In this document: one piece after another, positions 1-12,982 of the stretch | Numbering within the stretch: the first letter of the stretch is position 1 | Layout: each line of letters opens with the position of its first letter | From: Eledone cirrhosa | Taxonomy: Eukaryota | Assembly: GCA_964016885.1 (NCBI GenBank) | Contig: OZ024742.1 | Location: 331,266,001 to 331,330,000, forward strand | Length of the DNA: 64,000 nucleotides | Direction of reading: 5' to 3' | Program-made: the position numbers and the translations under genes | The notes under the pieces: generated by a model | Told to the model about the DNA's origin: nothing | Databases searched by the model: none | Seen by the model: only the letters and a program-made list of their open reading frames with translations

Positions 1-265
1 TTCGAGCCACTTTTTCCATATAAAACAAGTAACATTCAGAGACCAACCAGATGTGAGAAAAACCACAGACCCTCCATCTCAACTCACCTTTTGAAAAGCA
101 GAAGAACTGCGAAACCGGTAAAGGAACCAAATAAATATATATATTTTTTAATAAAATAAGACTCCAGTTGCATTTTCGATTTCATCTCTTTTTCTGTATA
201 CTTTCACTCGTGTAGGACACCTCGGTTATTTTTCATTTTGTAAAAAAAACCTCACTTTCTAATAT
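1..265 (+). mobile_element. PLE-type 3'/pLTR remnant (family A), runs off the window start
   Basis: Near-identical copies at about 15077-15215 and 42170-42737. All end in TA runs and carry the same hammerhead motif. Confidence 0.65.
87..124 (+). ncRNA. Minimal type I hammerhead ribozyme, U3-A8 core variant
   Basis: cctt-TTGAAAA-gcag(aagaa)ctgc-GAAA-ccg-GTA-aagg. Stem I cctt/aagg, stem II gcag/ctgc, palindromic stem III accggt, GUA cleavage triplet. Confidence 0.7.
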
Positions 266-299
266 AATGTATATGTATATATATATATATATTTGATTT

Positions 300-425
300 G
301 GTGAAAGCCGCGATTCTTTGCTTAGACTTTAATCTGTTATTTTTATAATATTTGCCCTACGGTTCTTGTATATTTTGAAATATATTTATACTTATCGAGC
401 CCTCTTTGGATTTTCGACTTCACTT

Positions 426-432
<7 letters not shown>
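300..432 (+). mobile_element. PLE pLTR end fragment (family B)
   Basis: Matches 3090-3215 directly, and 943-985 and 41815-41956 in inverted orientation. Bounded by TA runs. Confidence 0.6.
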
Positions 433-439
<7 letters not shown>

Positions 440-456
<17 letters not shown>

Positions 457-608
457 TATGGATGTATATATAATGTATTTTGTAATACACTATTTCAGAG
501 CTCCAATTCTAATTTTTATATATATATATATATATATATATGGATGTATATATAATTTATTTTGCAATATACTATTTCAGAGCTCCAATTCTAATTTATA
601 TATATATA

Positions 609-682
<74 letters not shown>

Positions 683-776
683 TGCGTATATATGTGTATA
701 TATATAAATATATACATATATATATATGTGTACATACACACACATATTTATATATACACACACACATATTTATATA

Positions 777-856
<80 letters not shown>

Positions 857-940
857 CATATATATATATACATATATATATATATACATAATATACGCAT
901 ATTTATATATGTATATATATATAAATATATATATATATTT
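440..940. repeat. (TA)n-rich microsatellite array with two small ctatttcagagctccaat fragments
   Basis: Direct reading. The fragments resemble the end of the 21545-21666 repeat. Confidence 0.9.
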
Positions 941-3218
941 ATTAAAATAACAGATTAAAGTTTAAGCAAAGAATCGCTGCTTTCACACTTAACTGGATTT
1001 CTGAAACTAACAAAGTCAGTCTGTGAACGCAGAAGTGAATATTTCAAAAAACGTTGCATCCGGAGGAAGACAGGAAGACGATACTTTGGTTTGTGGAAAC
1101 GTTATCTGGCAAATAACGGGAAAAAACGAATATATACGTCATTTTTTTGAGCGGTGAAAAACAATTACACGCAAAGACATTACTCTCATAGAAAGCCGAA
1201 TGATAAGCTTAAATACGTAAGTAAGCTTTCTAATCATCAGGCCAGCATAACCAAGAACCTGGTAAGAAACGTTTATTTGAGGCTTTCCCGTCTACTACTA
1301 ACGAGCATAATTTCAACGACCATTCCACATATTACAATGAAGTTCTTGCTCGGAGTGGATTTGTCGATAAGGTAGCATATAACGAGTACGAGAATAGACA
1401 CAGAAGAAATAGATCACTTATTATGGTGCATTTCCCCCTACACATAAATATAGTAAAACTTTTAATGGAAATACTATTAAAATGTCTTACTCTACGACTC
1501 CTAACCTTGCACATAACATCACAGCTTAAAATTTAGCTAAACTACCTAGCCGTAGGAACACGTGCAACCCTGTAGTTTGTACTATACTGTAATTGTAGGA
1601 ATAGGGTTGACTGCCCCCTATCCGTGAAATGCCTCTCTAGTAACTTTGTCTACAAATGTAAGGTTGAAACACCCACGTCCCGTAGGGCCTACATAGGGTT
1701 AACCTCCAATAGATTCAAGCATCGCCTTTATATGCATACCCATTCTTTTTGTTACCCTATCAGAAGGAATATGACGTCACTTTCAGCTTATATCTGGAGT
1801 CTAAAGGTCAACCATACCCACTATAATTTACACTGGGAGATCCTTGCTAGAGCTAGATCGTATAACGGAAATAAAAGACCATGTGACCTCTGCGCCACTG
1901 AGGCTCTGGAAATACTCTACGCCAAAGACCACATCTTAAACACAAAACTGAGGCAATTTCGGCTTGTAAACATAAATTGCACAACACTTTCCTGTATTAC
2001 AGCCCACATTATACACTAACGGATAGTACGAACTATACGCGGACATTTTATGTCTTAATGTGGTATCTAAGTATATATTATGTTTATACCATTACTTATT
2101 TCTATAGGTAAGTATATATTAGCTGTATGTTTTATGAAGGTACGTATACTTCCTCGTACTTATATTTGATTGTATGTGTTATGGCGTATATATTATATAT
2201 TTTGCAACATATGCTTTTGGTTAGTGTATACGTGAGTTTTGCGTCTGTGTGAGTATGCGGGTTCGTACGTAAGTAGGGTGTGCGTATATGTGTACTTCGT
2301 GTTTTGTTTGACGTACGTCTCCGAACATATGTCTATTTACATGTAGGTATATGTGTGCGCTTGTTATATACGTATTTATTTATTTATATACGTTTATTTA
2401 ATTATATGTATACACGCATACACACACACATATATATATTAATATATATATTGTTTATATATATTGTTGTGCGTATTTGGTGTATACATTCGTATGCGTG
2501 CGGGGACAGGCGTTGCTGGGGTTCTGTACGTGCGTGTGGTTTTTCTTTTTTCTTCGTGTACGTGCGTGTATTTGTATACCTATGGCGAGTGTTTTCGCGT
2601 ATGCTTGTTTATGTACGAATATGGAAGCGTGTATGTATTTATTTCAATTACATCTGAATTTTATTTACTTTATACTTAACTCTGAAGCAGAGATTCATTC
2701 GGTTTCCTAGTTAGAATTTTAGTCTACGACTTCAGTTATACCATTTACGTGGTTTTGTCTTTCCGTGCAATTGTTCTTCCCGCTCCACTTATGACGTATT
2801 ATATTCGTTTTTTCCACTCATTGCCTGAGAACGTCTCTATGAACCACCTAATAGAATATTTGTCTACGATTTCTTTTATGCCATAAATGTGGTTTTGTCT
2901 TTGCGTGTAATAGTTTTTCACCGCACCAAATAATGACGTATTATATTTGTTTTTTCCCGTTCTTTGCCAGGGAACGTTTTGACTACACAAAGTATCGTCT
3001 TCCTGTCTTCCTCCGGTTGCAACGTTTCGTGAAATATTCACTTCTGCGTTCACAGATTGACTTTATTAGTTTCAGAAGATCCCGTTAAGGGTGAAAGCAG
3101 CGATTCCTTTATTCTGTTACTTTAATAAATATTTATTCTACGGTTCATATATATTTGTAATATATTTATCCTATCGAGCCTTCTTTGGATTTTAGTCTTC
3201 AAATGTATTATTATTACA
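940..3218 (+). mobile_element. 5'-truncated Penelope-like element with inverted pLTR copy
   Basis: About 943-1178 is the reverse complement of about 2895-3120. Between them lie RT C-terminal and GIY-YIG coding remnants. TA runs on both sides. Confidence 0.85.
1180..2019 (+). pseudogene. PLE RT thumb + GIY-YIG endonuclease (frameshifted)
   Basis: RKPNDKLKYVSKLSNHQASI; CNCRNRVDCPLSVKC linker; VYKC...YIGLT..FKHRLYMH..SF; TSLSAYIW; CDLCATE. The CxC linker plus CxxC resembles the Hydra-type C-terminal-EN PLEs (tentative). Confidence 0.85.
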
Positions 3219-3554
3219 ATATATATATATGAAAACAGGGAGAAAAGACGATTATAAGGAAGAAGAATTTTTTTTTTTCCTTTTTTATTTCTTTTCTCTC
3301 TTTTTTTCTGGGTTAGAAAATGATTAAAACGAAATATTTTACTTTGTGTAAAGTGGTAAGTTATTAGTTGATTTATTTATTAATTAACAATGGCATTTAT
3401 TTACTTATTTATGTATTTAATAATTCTCTATTACCGGTTTCAGCATTTTTATGCATTATCAAATGATAGTGATATGTATTGTTGTGGTGTTCGACATGTT
3501 AAAGAAATGGTGCAGAAAGAATAATAATATATATATATTATAATAATAAGAATA

Positions 3555-3612
<58 letters not shown>

Positions 3613-3859
3613 TAAAACATTTTAAATGCACATAAACTAGACAGAGCCATAGATATATAGATATATATATAGGTTTTTAGCAACGTTGTGGCTCAATCAG
3701 AGCAATAGATAATGTAAGCTATCATATATTTATCTATTATTTCTTCATGAGGCTATTAACTTATAGCCTCGTTTAAATGAGTTTTTGTATAGTTGATTAT
3801 GCTGATCGGGAGAAGAAATGCTGTATATAGTTTATCTAATGATTATATGGACTTACTTT

Positions 3860-4411
<552 letters not shown>

Positions 4412-4448
4412 CATATGCAGTTGAGCAGTTGAAGTATAAGGACGTGTT
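4412..4448 (+). promoter_or_regulatory. Putative internal Pol II promoter (Inr + DPE-like)
   Basis: GGACGTGT at 4440 matches the RGACGTGY downstream element of LINE internal promoters. It sits at +28 if the A at 4413 is +1. CAGTT motifs at 4418 and 4426. Confidence 0.35.
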
Positions 4449-4522
4449 TTTACTTCTCTCCCCGAGTAAGCAGCAAGTCACACAGCCACAAAACAAAACC
4501 ACAAGACAAAACCAAACAAACA

Positions 4523-4622
4523 AAAATTGACCGGTTAATACATTTACATACATCTATATTATTATATATTTGAAAATTGACCGGTTAATACATTTACATA
4601 CATCTATATTATTATATATTTG
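4523..4622 (+). repeat. Perfect 50-bp tandem duplication in the LINE 5' UTR
   Basis: aaaattgaccggttaatacatttacatacatctatattattatatatttg x2. Confidence 0.9.
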
Positions 4623-4880
4623 AAACCACGTGTTTTCGAACTTGTGAGTACATTTCCCTTTAACTACAAATTATTATTATATACTTTCGTCTTTTCATTA
4701 ACTTAATTAATTTCAAATAACCAGAATATATATATATATATATACTCATATTTATATATATACTCTTCTCACTCACACACAAGAAAAACAAAAAACAAAA
4801 ATAAATCAAAAATAAATTTAAAAAAAAAATATATATATATTGAAATACTTAACTAAAACACACACACACTCAAAACTAGA

Positions 4881-6032
4881 ATGGCTAACCAGCAAAAATC
4901 CAAACAGAACTGGTCTGATAATGAAATCGACATTCTAATAAACACATGGCATTGCCTTTCCCAAACAGAAGACATACATGCTTCATCTCTGAACGACATT
5001 GCTAAACGTACAGTTCAATTTTTGAAAACTCGATCTGAACAACAGATTCAAAATAAATTAAAGCAAATCGAAATTGCTTTTAAATTAATCAATAAACATT
5101 TGGATAAACTACGGTGTGTTTTCTCTTCGAATGCTGTCCAGCAGCAGCAACAACAGCAACAGCAGCTACAACAGCAACAACAACAACAGCTACAACAACA
5201 ACATCAACAACAGCAACAACAACAACAACGACAACAACAGTGTGAACCACTCCTTGATTCATCAACAATGGCCGATCTACTAAATGAAACTATTGACCCC
5301 CCAGTAGCCTCTGTCTCACAGCATGAAACGCCACATCCTTTCTCTGGCCCAGCAGTCCAATCATCACCACTGCCAACATCTCTGCCTACTACTACTACTA
5401 CTACTACAACATTTTTGTCTACTGCTATGTCAAGGAATTTACCTTCTAATACCAGTACAAGAACTCTCCCTCCCACAGTCCACAAAGGTCGTCAAATCCT
5501 ACCCAAACCATCATCTACACCTCTCACAACACACACACCCACATACCCACCCACTCGAAACCCCATCATTTGCCGCTACTCTCTACGCTATAGAATATGT
5601 ACGGATAGTGGCTGCAAATTCACCCATTTACCTAGGACAAAACGATCTATCCCCACAAACAGCCACCACCATAATACATACTCTAATTTAACACCAACAC
5701 AACCACCAATAACTCAAACAAGGAATCCACAAATCTGCCGTTTTTCCCTGCGAGACAGATTGTGTTTAGACCGGGATTGTCCCTTTACCCATCTCCCGGG
5801 GACCCGTCGGACAAATGAAAATAAAATTAAAAATAAAAGCAAAAACAAAAACCATAACCTACATAAAAATAACCACTACCACAGTCACCAACAGTCTTCT
5901 AAACAGGAAACTTCTTCCTCTTTTTTAGCCATAATGAATCTGGCAAAAGAACTGGAAAAAAACATTCGAGCTATCACCCAGCACCACCCTCCACTATCAC
6001 CCCACTGCACAGACTCCCATTGCTGCCATTAA
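4881..6032 (+). CDS. LINE ORF1 (383 aa): N-terminal Myb/SANT trihelix-like domain, polyQ, Pro/Thr-rich linker, two CCCH zinc fingers
   Basis: WSDNEIDILINTW...IA...RSEQQIQNKLKQI; CRYSLRYRICTDSGCKFTH and CRFSLRDRLCLDRDCPFTH (C-x8-C-x4-C-x3-H). Confidence 0.85.
   Translation: MANQQKSKQNWSDNEIDILINTWHCLSQTEDIHASSLNDIAKRTVQFLKTRSEQQIQNKLKQIEIAFKLINKHLDKLRCVFSSNAVQQQQQQQQQLQQQQQQQLQQQHQQQQQQQQRQQQCEPLLDSSTMADLLNETIDPPVASVSQHETPHPFSGPAVQSSPLPTSLPTTTTTTTTFLSTAMSRNLPSNTSTRTLPPTVHKGRQILPKPSSTPLTTHTPTYPPTRNPIICRYSLRYRICTDSGCKFTHLPRTKRSIPTNSHHHNTYSNLTPTQPPITQTRNPQICRFSLRDRLCLDRDCPFTHLPGTRRTNENKIKNKSKNKNHNLHKNNHYHSHQQSSKQETSSSFLAIMNLAKELEKNIRAITQHHPPLSPHCTDSHCCH
5921..5963 (+). promoter_or_regulatory. 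Candidate -1 programmed ribosomal frameshift sites
   Basis: T TTT TTA (5921-5927) and A AAA AAC (5957-5963), both phased X XXY YYZ in ORF1. The -1 frame is open from 5903 into ORF2. Confidence 0.55.
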
Positions 6033-9000
6033 CAAACAAACAAATTAACAACACACCAAAACAATTAAAACCGTCCACTCTCGCCTCTACATTTTTGCTT
6101 AACGCCCAAGGCATCAGCCCTTCCACCAATACTCAAAAATGGAAGATCAAATTCCTGGAGGACTGGATTGATGTCCATCCAAACCACATCCCTTTCTTCG
6201 TCCTCACTGAAACCCATCTCAGTAACCTCCACTTGGAAGCCGAGGTGAAAGTGAAAAATTTCAAAGCCATCCGTGCTGATCGCGCTGGCAGAAGAAAGGG
6301 CGGAACTGCCATTTATGTCCATAATTCTTTCTCAACAGAGGCTATGAACATATTCACTAATGGATACTGTGAAGCAGTCACTGTATTCAGTCAAACCAAC
6401 AACCTATTAGTAGTTGGCCTCTATAGGCCACCCCAAACGCCTGTACCATGCTTCAAGGAATGCCTCAACAGCATAAAGTGTTTCATCCAAGAGTGTCACC
6501 CTGACAACATCTTAATGATGGGGGACTTCAACCTCCCCGGAGTTGACTGGTCCACAAACAGCCTGCCACCAGGTTCTTCTGCCTCAACCTCTGACAGGGA
6601 AGCTGTGGAATCGCTTCTTGACTTCATGGATGATTTCTTCCTATCCCAACTGGTGCTCGAACCAACGAGGTGCCACAAAAACGTCCTAGACTTAATTTTC
6701 AGCAATCACACTGACAGTATCCACAATATTGCAGTGGAGAAAACTCTACTCTCTGATCATGACATGGTTCTCTGTGATCTGAGATTCCACCGTCCAATAT
6801 ACAAACCCAATGTCATCTCTCCTGTCCATCCGTTTGACGCTATGGATTTCCACAATGCAAACTGGGAAGCGATCAGTCATGATCTTGCACATGTCGACTG
6901 GTCCTTCACGCACACTCATACACCCACTAACATCAAAAAGTCCTGGCAGACATTTGTGGACACTGTTACAAACATATGTGCTAAACACACCCCATTAAGA
7001 ACTATAAACAAATCTAAGAGCAGAATCCCTAGAAATAGAAAAACGCTCATCAGAAAAATTAAGAGAACGAACAAAAAAATCAACAAGCTGAAATACTGTC
7101 AGCAGCAACACATCAACTTGACTGCCATTTCATCACTAGAGATTAAAAAACATAACCTCCAAAACAACATAATGTCCCTCATCAACAATCAGAGAAGAGC
7201 TGAAGAGGCCTGGGCCATTGAGAAGATCAAACTCAATCCCAAAGTGTTCTTTTCATTTGCAAAAAAACACAAAATCACTGGCTCTACTGTTGGCCCTCTA
7301 ATTGATGAAAATGGCACTCTTCAAGACAATGCTAAAATCATGGGTGATATACTGCAGAAACAATACTGCTCTGTTTTCAGCAATCCTGATATGGCCGATC
7401 TGGGCTGTATCGGCGATGTTACTCCCCATTACACCTTATCGGACATAACGTTTGGCGCCCCTGATGTCTTGGCGGCAATAAAGGAAATCAAGCATAATTC
7501 AGCAGTAGGTCCCGATAGGTTCCCTGCTTGTGTCTTGAAGGCGTGTCAACACCAACTTGCATCTCCTCTTGCCAATCTGTGGCGGAACTCACTGGATGCT
7601 GGATATGTGCCAGAAAACCTTCTATCCCAGTCTGTTGTCCCAGTTTTCAAAAAGGGAAACAAATCCCTTGCCGTGAATTACCGTCCAATCTCACTCACCT
7701 CTCATATCATTAAGGTATTTGAGCGAGTGGTGAGATCGCGAATGACCCACTTCCTTGAGAGTAACAATATGCTGAACTCCAACCAGCATGGATTCCGTAA
7801 TGGAAGGGATTGCCTGACGCAGCTACTGCATCACTTTGATGACATTTTGAGAGCCTTGGGAGAGGGTTCCAACACTGATGTTATCTACCTTGATTTCAGC
7901 AAGGCCTTTGACAGGGTTGATCATAACATTCTACTGAGAAAGCTGTCCAATATTGGTGTCACTGGAAAGCTGCTGCAGTGGATCAAGAGCTTCCTGTCAA
8001 ACAGAACCCAACATGTTGTAGTTGAGGGAGTCAAATCAAGCCCAGCCAAAGTCAGTAGTGGGGTCCCACAAGGCACTGTGTTGGGCCCACTTCTCTTCAT
8101 CATCTATATTAATGACATCACTGACATCATCAAACACAGCAACATTAAAATGTTCGCTGATGATTCCAAGCTCCAAAAGGTCATCAATGGCGTGGATGAC
8201 CGGATAAGCCTTCAGTCAGACCTACTGGCTGTTACCCAATGGGCAGAAAAGAACAACATGTTACTGAACGAAGACAAATTCGAACTGATCCACTTTGGAA
8301 AAGAGGATGCTCTGAAACTCCCGTACTCCCTTCCCTCCGGGGAAACTCTCGTGGCATCTAACAACATCAGAGACTTGGGAGTAACCGTGGACAGCAACAT
8401 AAGCTGGACCACGCATATAAGCAGCAAAGTTGACATGGCCCGCATAATGTGTTCCTGGATCCTCAGAACCTTCCAGTCGAGAGATTCCCGCACCATTATC
8501 CTTCTATTCTCTACTTTCGCCCGACCACACCTTGAATACTGTTCTCCACTGTGGTCTCCCCACACGAAACAAAGTATCATGAAACTTGAAGCTCCTCAAA
8601 GGGCAATCACGAAAAAGATAGATGGCATGTCAGACCTTGACTACTGGGGTCGATTAGAAAACCTGAAACTTTACTCACTCCAACGTCGCCGTGAGCGTTA
8701 TATTATCTGCATGATGTGGAAAATGTTCCATCATCACTGCCCAAATGATGTTGGCATCGCCTTCAAGATACACCCAAGGCTTGGGCCCCGTGCTATCCAC
8801 CCCATTCAAAAATCTAGATCGCAACACATAACAACAATACGGCACAATTATTTCACCTCAATCGGCCCTGCTCTCTTCAACATCACACCAGGACACGTCA
8901 AAACAGAAACTGACCACACAAAATTCAAGAAGTCTTTGGACAAATTCCTCCAAGTAATCCCGGACAAACCACCCACACCCGGATATGTCTCCGCAAACAG

Positions 9001-9040
9001 TAATTCTCTTCTCGAATGGGCCATGGTGCCCAAATCCTGA
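6020..9040 (+). CDS. LINE ORF2: APE endonuclease + reverse transcriptase (frame open from 5903; 6020 is TTG)
   Basis: APE: LNAQG, LTETHL, GGTAIY, LYRPP, MGDFN, PTR, VLDLIF, SDH. RT: [49 protein letters not shown]. No stops. Confidence 0.95.
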   Translation: MLPLTNKQINNTPKQLKPSTLASTFLLNAQGISPSTNTQKWKIKFLEDWIDVHPNHIPFFVLTETHLSNLHLEAEVKVKNFKAIRADRAGRRKGGTAIYVHNSFSTEAMNIFTNGYCEAVTVFSQTNNLLVVGLYRPPQTPVPCFKECLNSIKCFIQECHPDNILMMGDFNLPGVDWSTNSLPPGSSASTSDREAVESLLDFMDDFFLSQLVLEPTRCHKNVLDLIFSNHTDSIHNIAVEKTLLSDHDMVLCDLRFHRPIYKPNVISPVHPFDAMDFHNANWEAISHDLAHVDWSFTHTHTPTNIKKSWQTFVDTVTNICAKHTPLRTINKSKSRIPRNRKTLIRKIKRTNKKINKLKYCQQQHINLTAISSLEIKKHNLQNNIMSLINNQRRAEEAWAIEKIKLNPKVFFSFAKKHKITGSTVGPLIDENGTLQDNAKIMGDILQKQYCSVFSNPDMADLGCIGDVTPHYTLSDITFGAPDVLAAIKEIKHNSAVGPDRFPACVLKACQHQLASPLANLWRNSLDAGYVPENLLSQSVVPVFKKGNKSLAVNYRPISLTSHIIKVFERVVRSRMTHFLESNNMLNSNQHGFRNGRDCLTQLLHHFDDILRALGEGSNTDVIYLDFSKAFDRVDHNILLRKLSNIGVTGKLLQWIKSFLSNRTQHVVVEGVKSSPAKVSSGVPQGTVLGPLLFIIYINDITDIIKHSNIKMFADDSKLQKVINGVDDRISLQSDLLAVTQWAEKNNMLLNEDKFELIHFGKEDALKLPYSLPSGETLVASNNIRDLGVTVDSNISWTTHISSKVDMARIMCSWILRTFQSRDSRTIILLFSTFARPHLEYCSPLWSPHTKQSIMKLEAPQRAITKKIDGMSDLDYWGRLENLKLYSLQRRRERYIICMMWKMFHHHCPNDVGIAFKIHPRLGPRAIHPIQKSRSQHITTIRHNYFTSIGPALFNITPGHVKTETDHTKFKKSLDKFLQVIPDKPPTPGYVSANSNSLLEWAMVPKS

Positions 9041-9079
9041 ATTGAAAGACTTCGCCAGGTGGTGCTATTAAGTTAGACA

Positions 9080-9127
9080 TGGCCTGGGCCAATACTGGCC
9101 AAAACATTTCAAAGTTATTCAAAGTTA
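9080..9127 (+). other. LINE 3' recognition region: hairpin ggcca-atac-tggcc followed by (TTCAAAGTTA)2 tail
   Basis: A hairpin plus short tandem tail is typical of CR1/L2-type 3' ends. Conserved in the truncated relative at 21287-21400. Confidence 0.65.
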
Positions 9128-9641
<514 letters not shown>

Positions 9642-11277
9642 GTGAAAAATTGAACGGGAACAAAACAGAGAGGCAGTACGAACAAAGGTTTATTAATTTC
9701 AAGCTCTTGAGAGTGGGGTGGTGGTGGGGAACGGCGTTTCGGGCATAAGCCCTTCTTGAGGTGAAAAGTGTGTGGGAAGAGAGTTCAAAGGGTGGAGAGA
9801 CATATAGCAAAAAGGGGGTGAGAGGAAATGGTGCAAATGAAATTAAAAATAAAGGCATGATCAAAATAAAATTAAAATGTGGTAAAATAGGTGGTGGAAG
9901 GGTGTGGGGCGTGTAGGGGTGGTGGCAGGTGGAGTGGGGAGAGGGAGACGGGGTGTCCGAGCGGGGAGGGCTGAAGGTGGTGTGTGTGTGTAGGTGTACG
10001 TGTGTGGTTGTGTGTGTGAAAGCAAGGGATGGGGGAAGAACGGGGTTGCATGTTCAGGAAGAGTTGTGTGTGGGGTGGGGTGCAGGTCGGAGTGTGTGTG
10101 CGTGTGTGGATAGAGGGGTGGGGGGAGAGGATTCCGGAGGATGAATGTGTAAATATGTGGGGGTTGTTCACGTGTGTGTGTGGTGTTTATTCGTGTTGTG
10201 GATGTAGGTGGCATGTAGGAAAAAAAAAAGTTTGGGGTGTATGTCTGGGGTGATTCGTAAAGATAATTCCGTAAAAAGATGTGGTGGAATGCTGAGTAAA
10301 ATCCTTGTGATGCGGTAGATTCTCAGGATCAAGGTTCACATATGTGTAATCCGTAAAGAGATTGGTCGGAAGAGGGGAGATGTGGGGAGCGCGCGCAACA
10401 AGAAGTGGTCAGCGGATCAAGGCAGAGGAGGGTTGTGTGTCTGTGTGTGTGGGGAGGTGGTCAGATAGGCATAGCAGCAGTAGGGTAGAATGGTAATTGA
10501 AGAAAGTCAGTGTGTCAGTGTGTGCGGAGGTGCGGTGGACAGGGGAGAGGATGGGTAGGTGTGAAAGTTGGAGTGAGGGGGGTGTATTAGTATAGGTGTT
10601 AGTGGGATGTGTGAGTGTTTGAGAAAGGGTGTGCGTGGAGGGGGGAGATAAGGGTGTGGGGGCCGATGGAGGGAGTGTAGTGTACTGGTTTGTGTGTGTG
10701 GTGAAGGGGGTGTTAGTGGGTGTTAGTATACTGGACGTGGAGAAAGGGTTGAATGCGGGTGTGAGTGGGGGTCAGGGGTGGTAGGGTGTGTGGAGTGGTT
10801 GGTGTAAGAGGGTGTGTGTGTTCGTGTGCGTAGGGTTGGGGTGTTAGTGATGTTAGTTGCGGGGTGGTGGGGTGGATGTATGGGGGTGAGTGTTAGTGGT
10901 GGTAGTAGGGTGTGTGTTTAGGGTGAGAACGTGTATATACGTACCGGTGGGTGTGTGCGTGTGATAAGGAAGGGGGAGGAGAAGAAGGGAGGGATGTTAG
11001 TATGTTAGTTGGGGAAGGCTGGTCGGCTGTGGGGTGGAGGTGTTAGTATTGTTAGTTGTGGGGTGGGCGGTGAAAATGAGGGGTGTGTTAGCGGTGTTAG
11101 TGGGGGATAGGTGTGGTGGGAGGGGGGCGGTCGAAGGCTGAAGGAATAAGGGTCGGAGTTCAAGCCGCGGGGAGTGTGGGTCTGTAGGGTGAAGATGATT
11201 CGTTGTTCGACCCTTAGGAGATTGGCGGGTGTTCCGTGGCATCGGTGTAGGCCACAGACTGTGAGGTGGTGTGCGCA
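9642..11277 (-). mobile_element. G/T-skewed, probably PLE-derived element between TA arrays
   Basis: Minus-strand degenerate HHR CTCAAGAa-gggc(ttat)gccc-GAAAcgccgtt at about 9730-9760. Minus-strand peptide FHHIFLRNYLYESP at about 10245-10290 resembles a PLE N-terminal motif (weak). Confidence 0.4.
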
Positions 11278-11338
11278 ATATATATATATATATATATATG
11301 CATATATATATATATATTATATATATATATATACACGG

Positions 11339-11399
<61 letters not shown>

Positions 11400-11527
11400 A
11401 TTTCCCATTATTATTTTACATAATTATTTTGCATTTTAAGTGATTGGTGTATAAACGGTATATCCGACGCTTCACATTGTAAGTCTATCTCTAATATTGA
11501 AAGTACATTATATGTATGCACATATAA

Positions 11528-12526
<999 letters not shown>

Positions 12527-12540
12527 CATATATATATATA

Positions 12541-12928
12541 TCGTTTCTGAATTTGTTTAGCAAGATTCTTTATATGAAAACGTTTGTTGAAACCGATATT
12601 TGGATGCTTTGGGAGGGTCATGTTGACAATAACAAACTCACGCACCATCGCTTTCACTCCAATGTATTGTAAATTAAATTCATAAATTTAAGAATTTATC
12701 AATTTACGGTTGGTTGGTTGGTTCCACAACCGGACGGTTGTTCATATATTGTCAAAGTTCTTTCGTCACACATTATGTGCCCTCTTCAGTGACTGGGATT
12801 CATTTGTTTGTTTGTGCCTCTCCTTTGTTCTGTCCTATGCCATCTTGTTAAACTTAATTTATAATAAATTGGAGTGGAATCAATTGGTGCGTATATTTAC
12901 TATCGGGAACAAGACCCTCCCAAAATAT

Positions 12929-12934
<6 letters not shown>
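12541..12934 (-). mobile_element. PLE-type 3' remnant (family C) with diverged inverted arm
   Basis: Same family as 52417-52730 and 4255-4290. About 12860-12934 is an inverted copy of about 12597-12680. TA on both sides. Confidence 0.75.
12751..12793 (-). ncRNA. Minimal hammerhead ribozyme
   Basis: Minus strand: gtca-CTGAAGA-gggcacat(a)atgtgtgac-GAAA-gaa-CTT-tgac. Stem I gtca/tgac. Confidence 0.65.

Positions 12935-12982
<48 letters not shown>

Larger units (their letters stand above)
4412..9127 (+). mobile_element. Full-length, apparently intact non-LTR retrotransposon (CR1/L2 group)
   Basis: 5' UTR, two uninterrupted ORFs, 3' hairpin and short tandem tail. Flanked by (TA)n on both sides. 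Confidence 0.93.

Noticed and set aside
5204-9033. Short antisense and alternate-frame ORFs inside the LINE
   Set aside because: Shadow ORFs of a GC-richer coding region with no recognisable motifs.
10590-11105. Interstitial telomeric repeat
   Set aside because: The motifs are dispersed GTGTTAG, not tandem TTAGGG.
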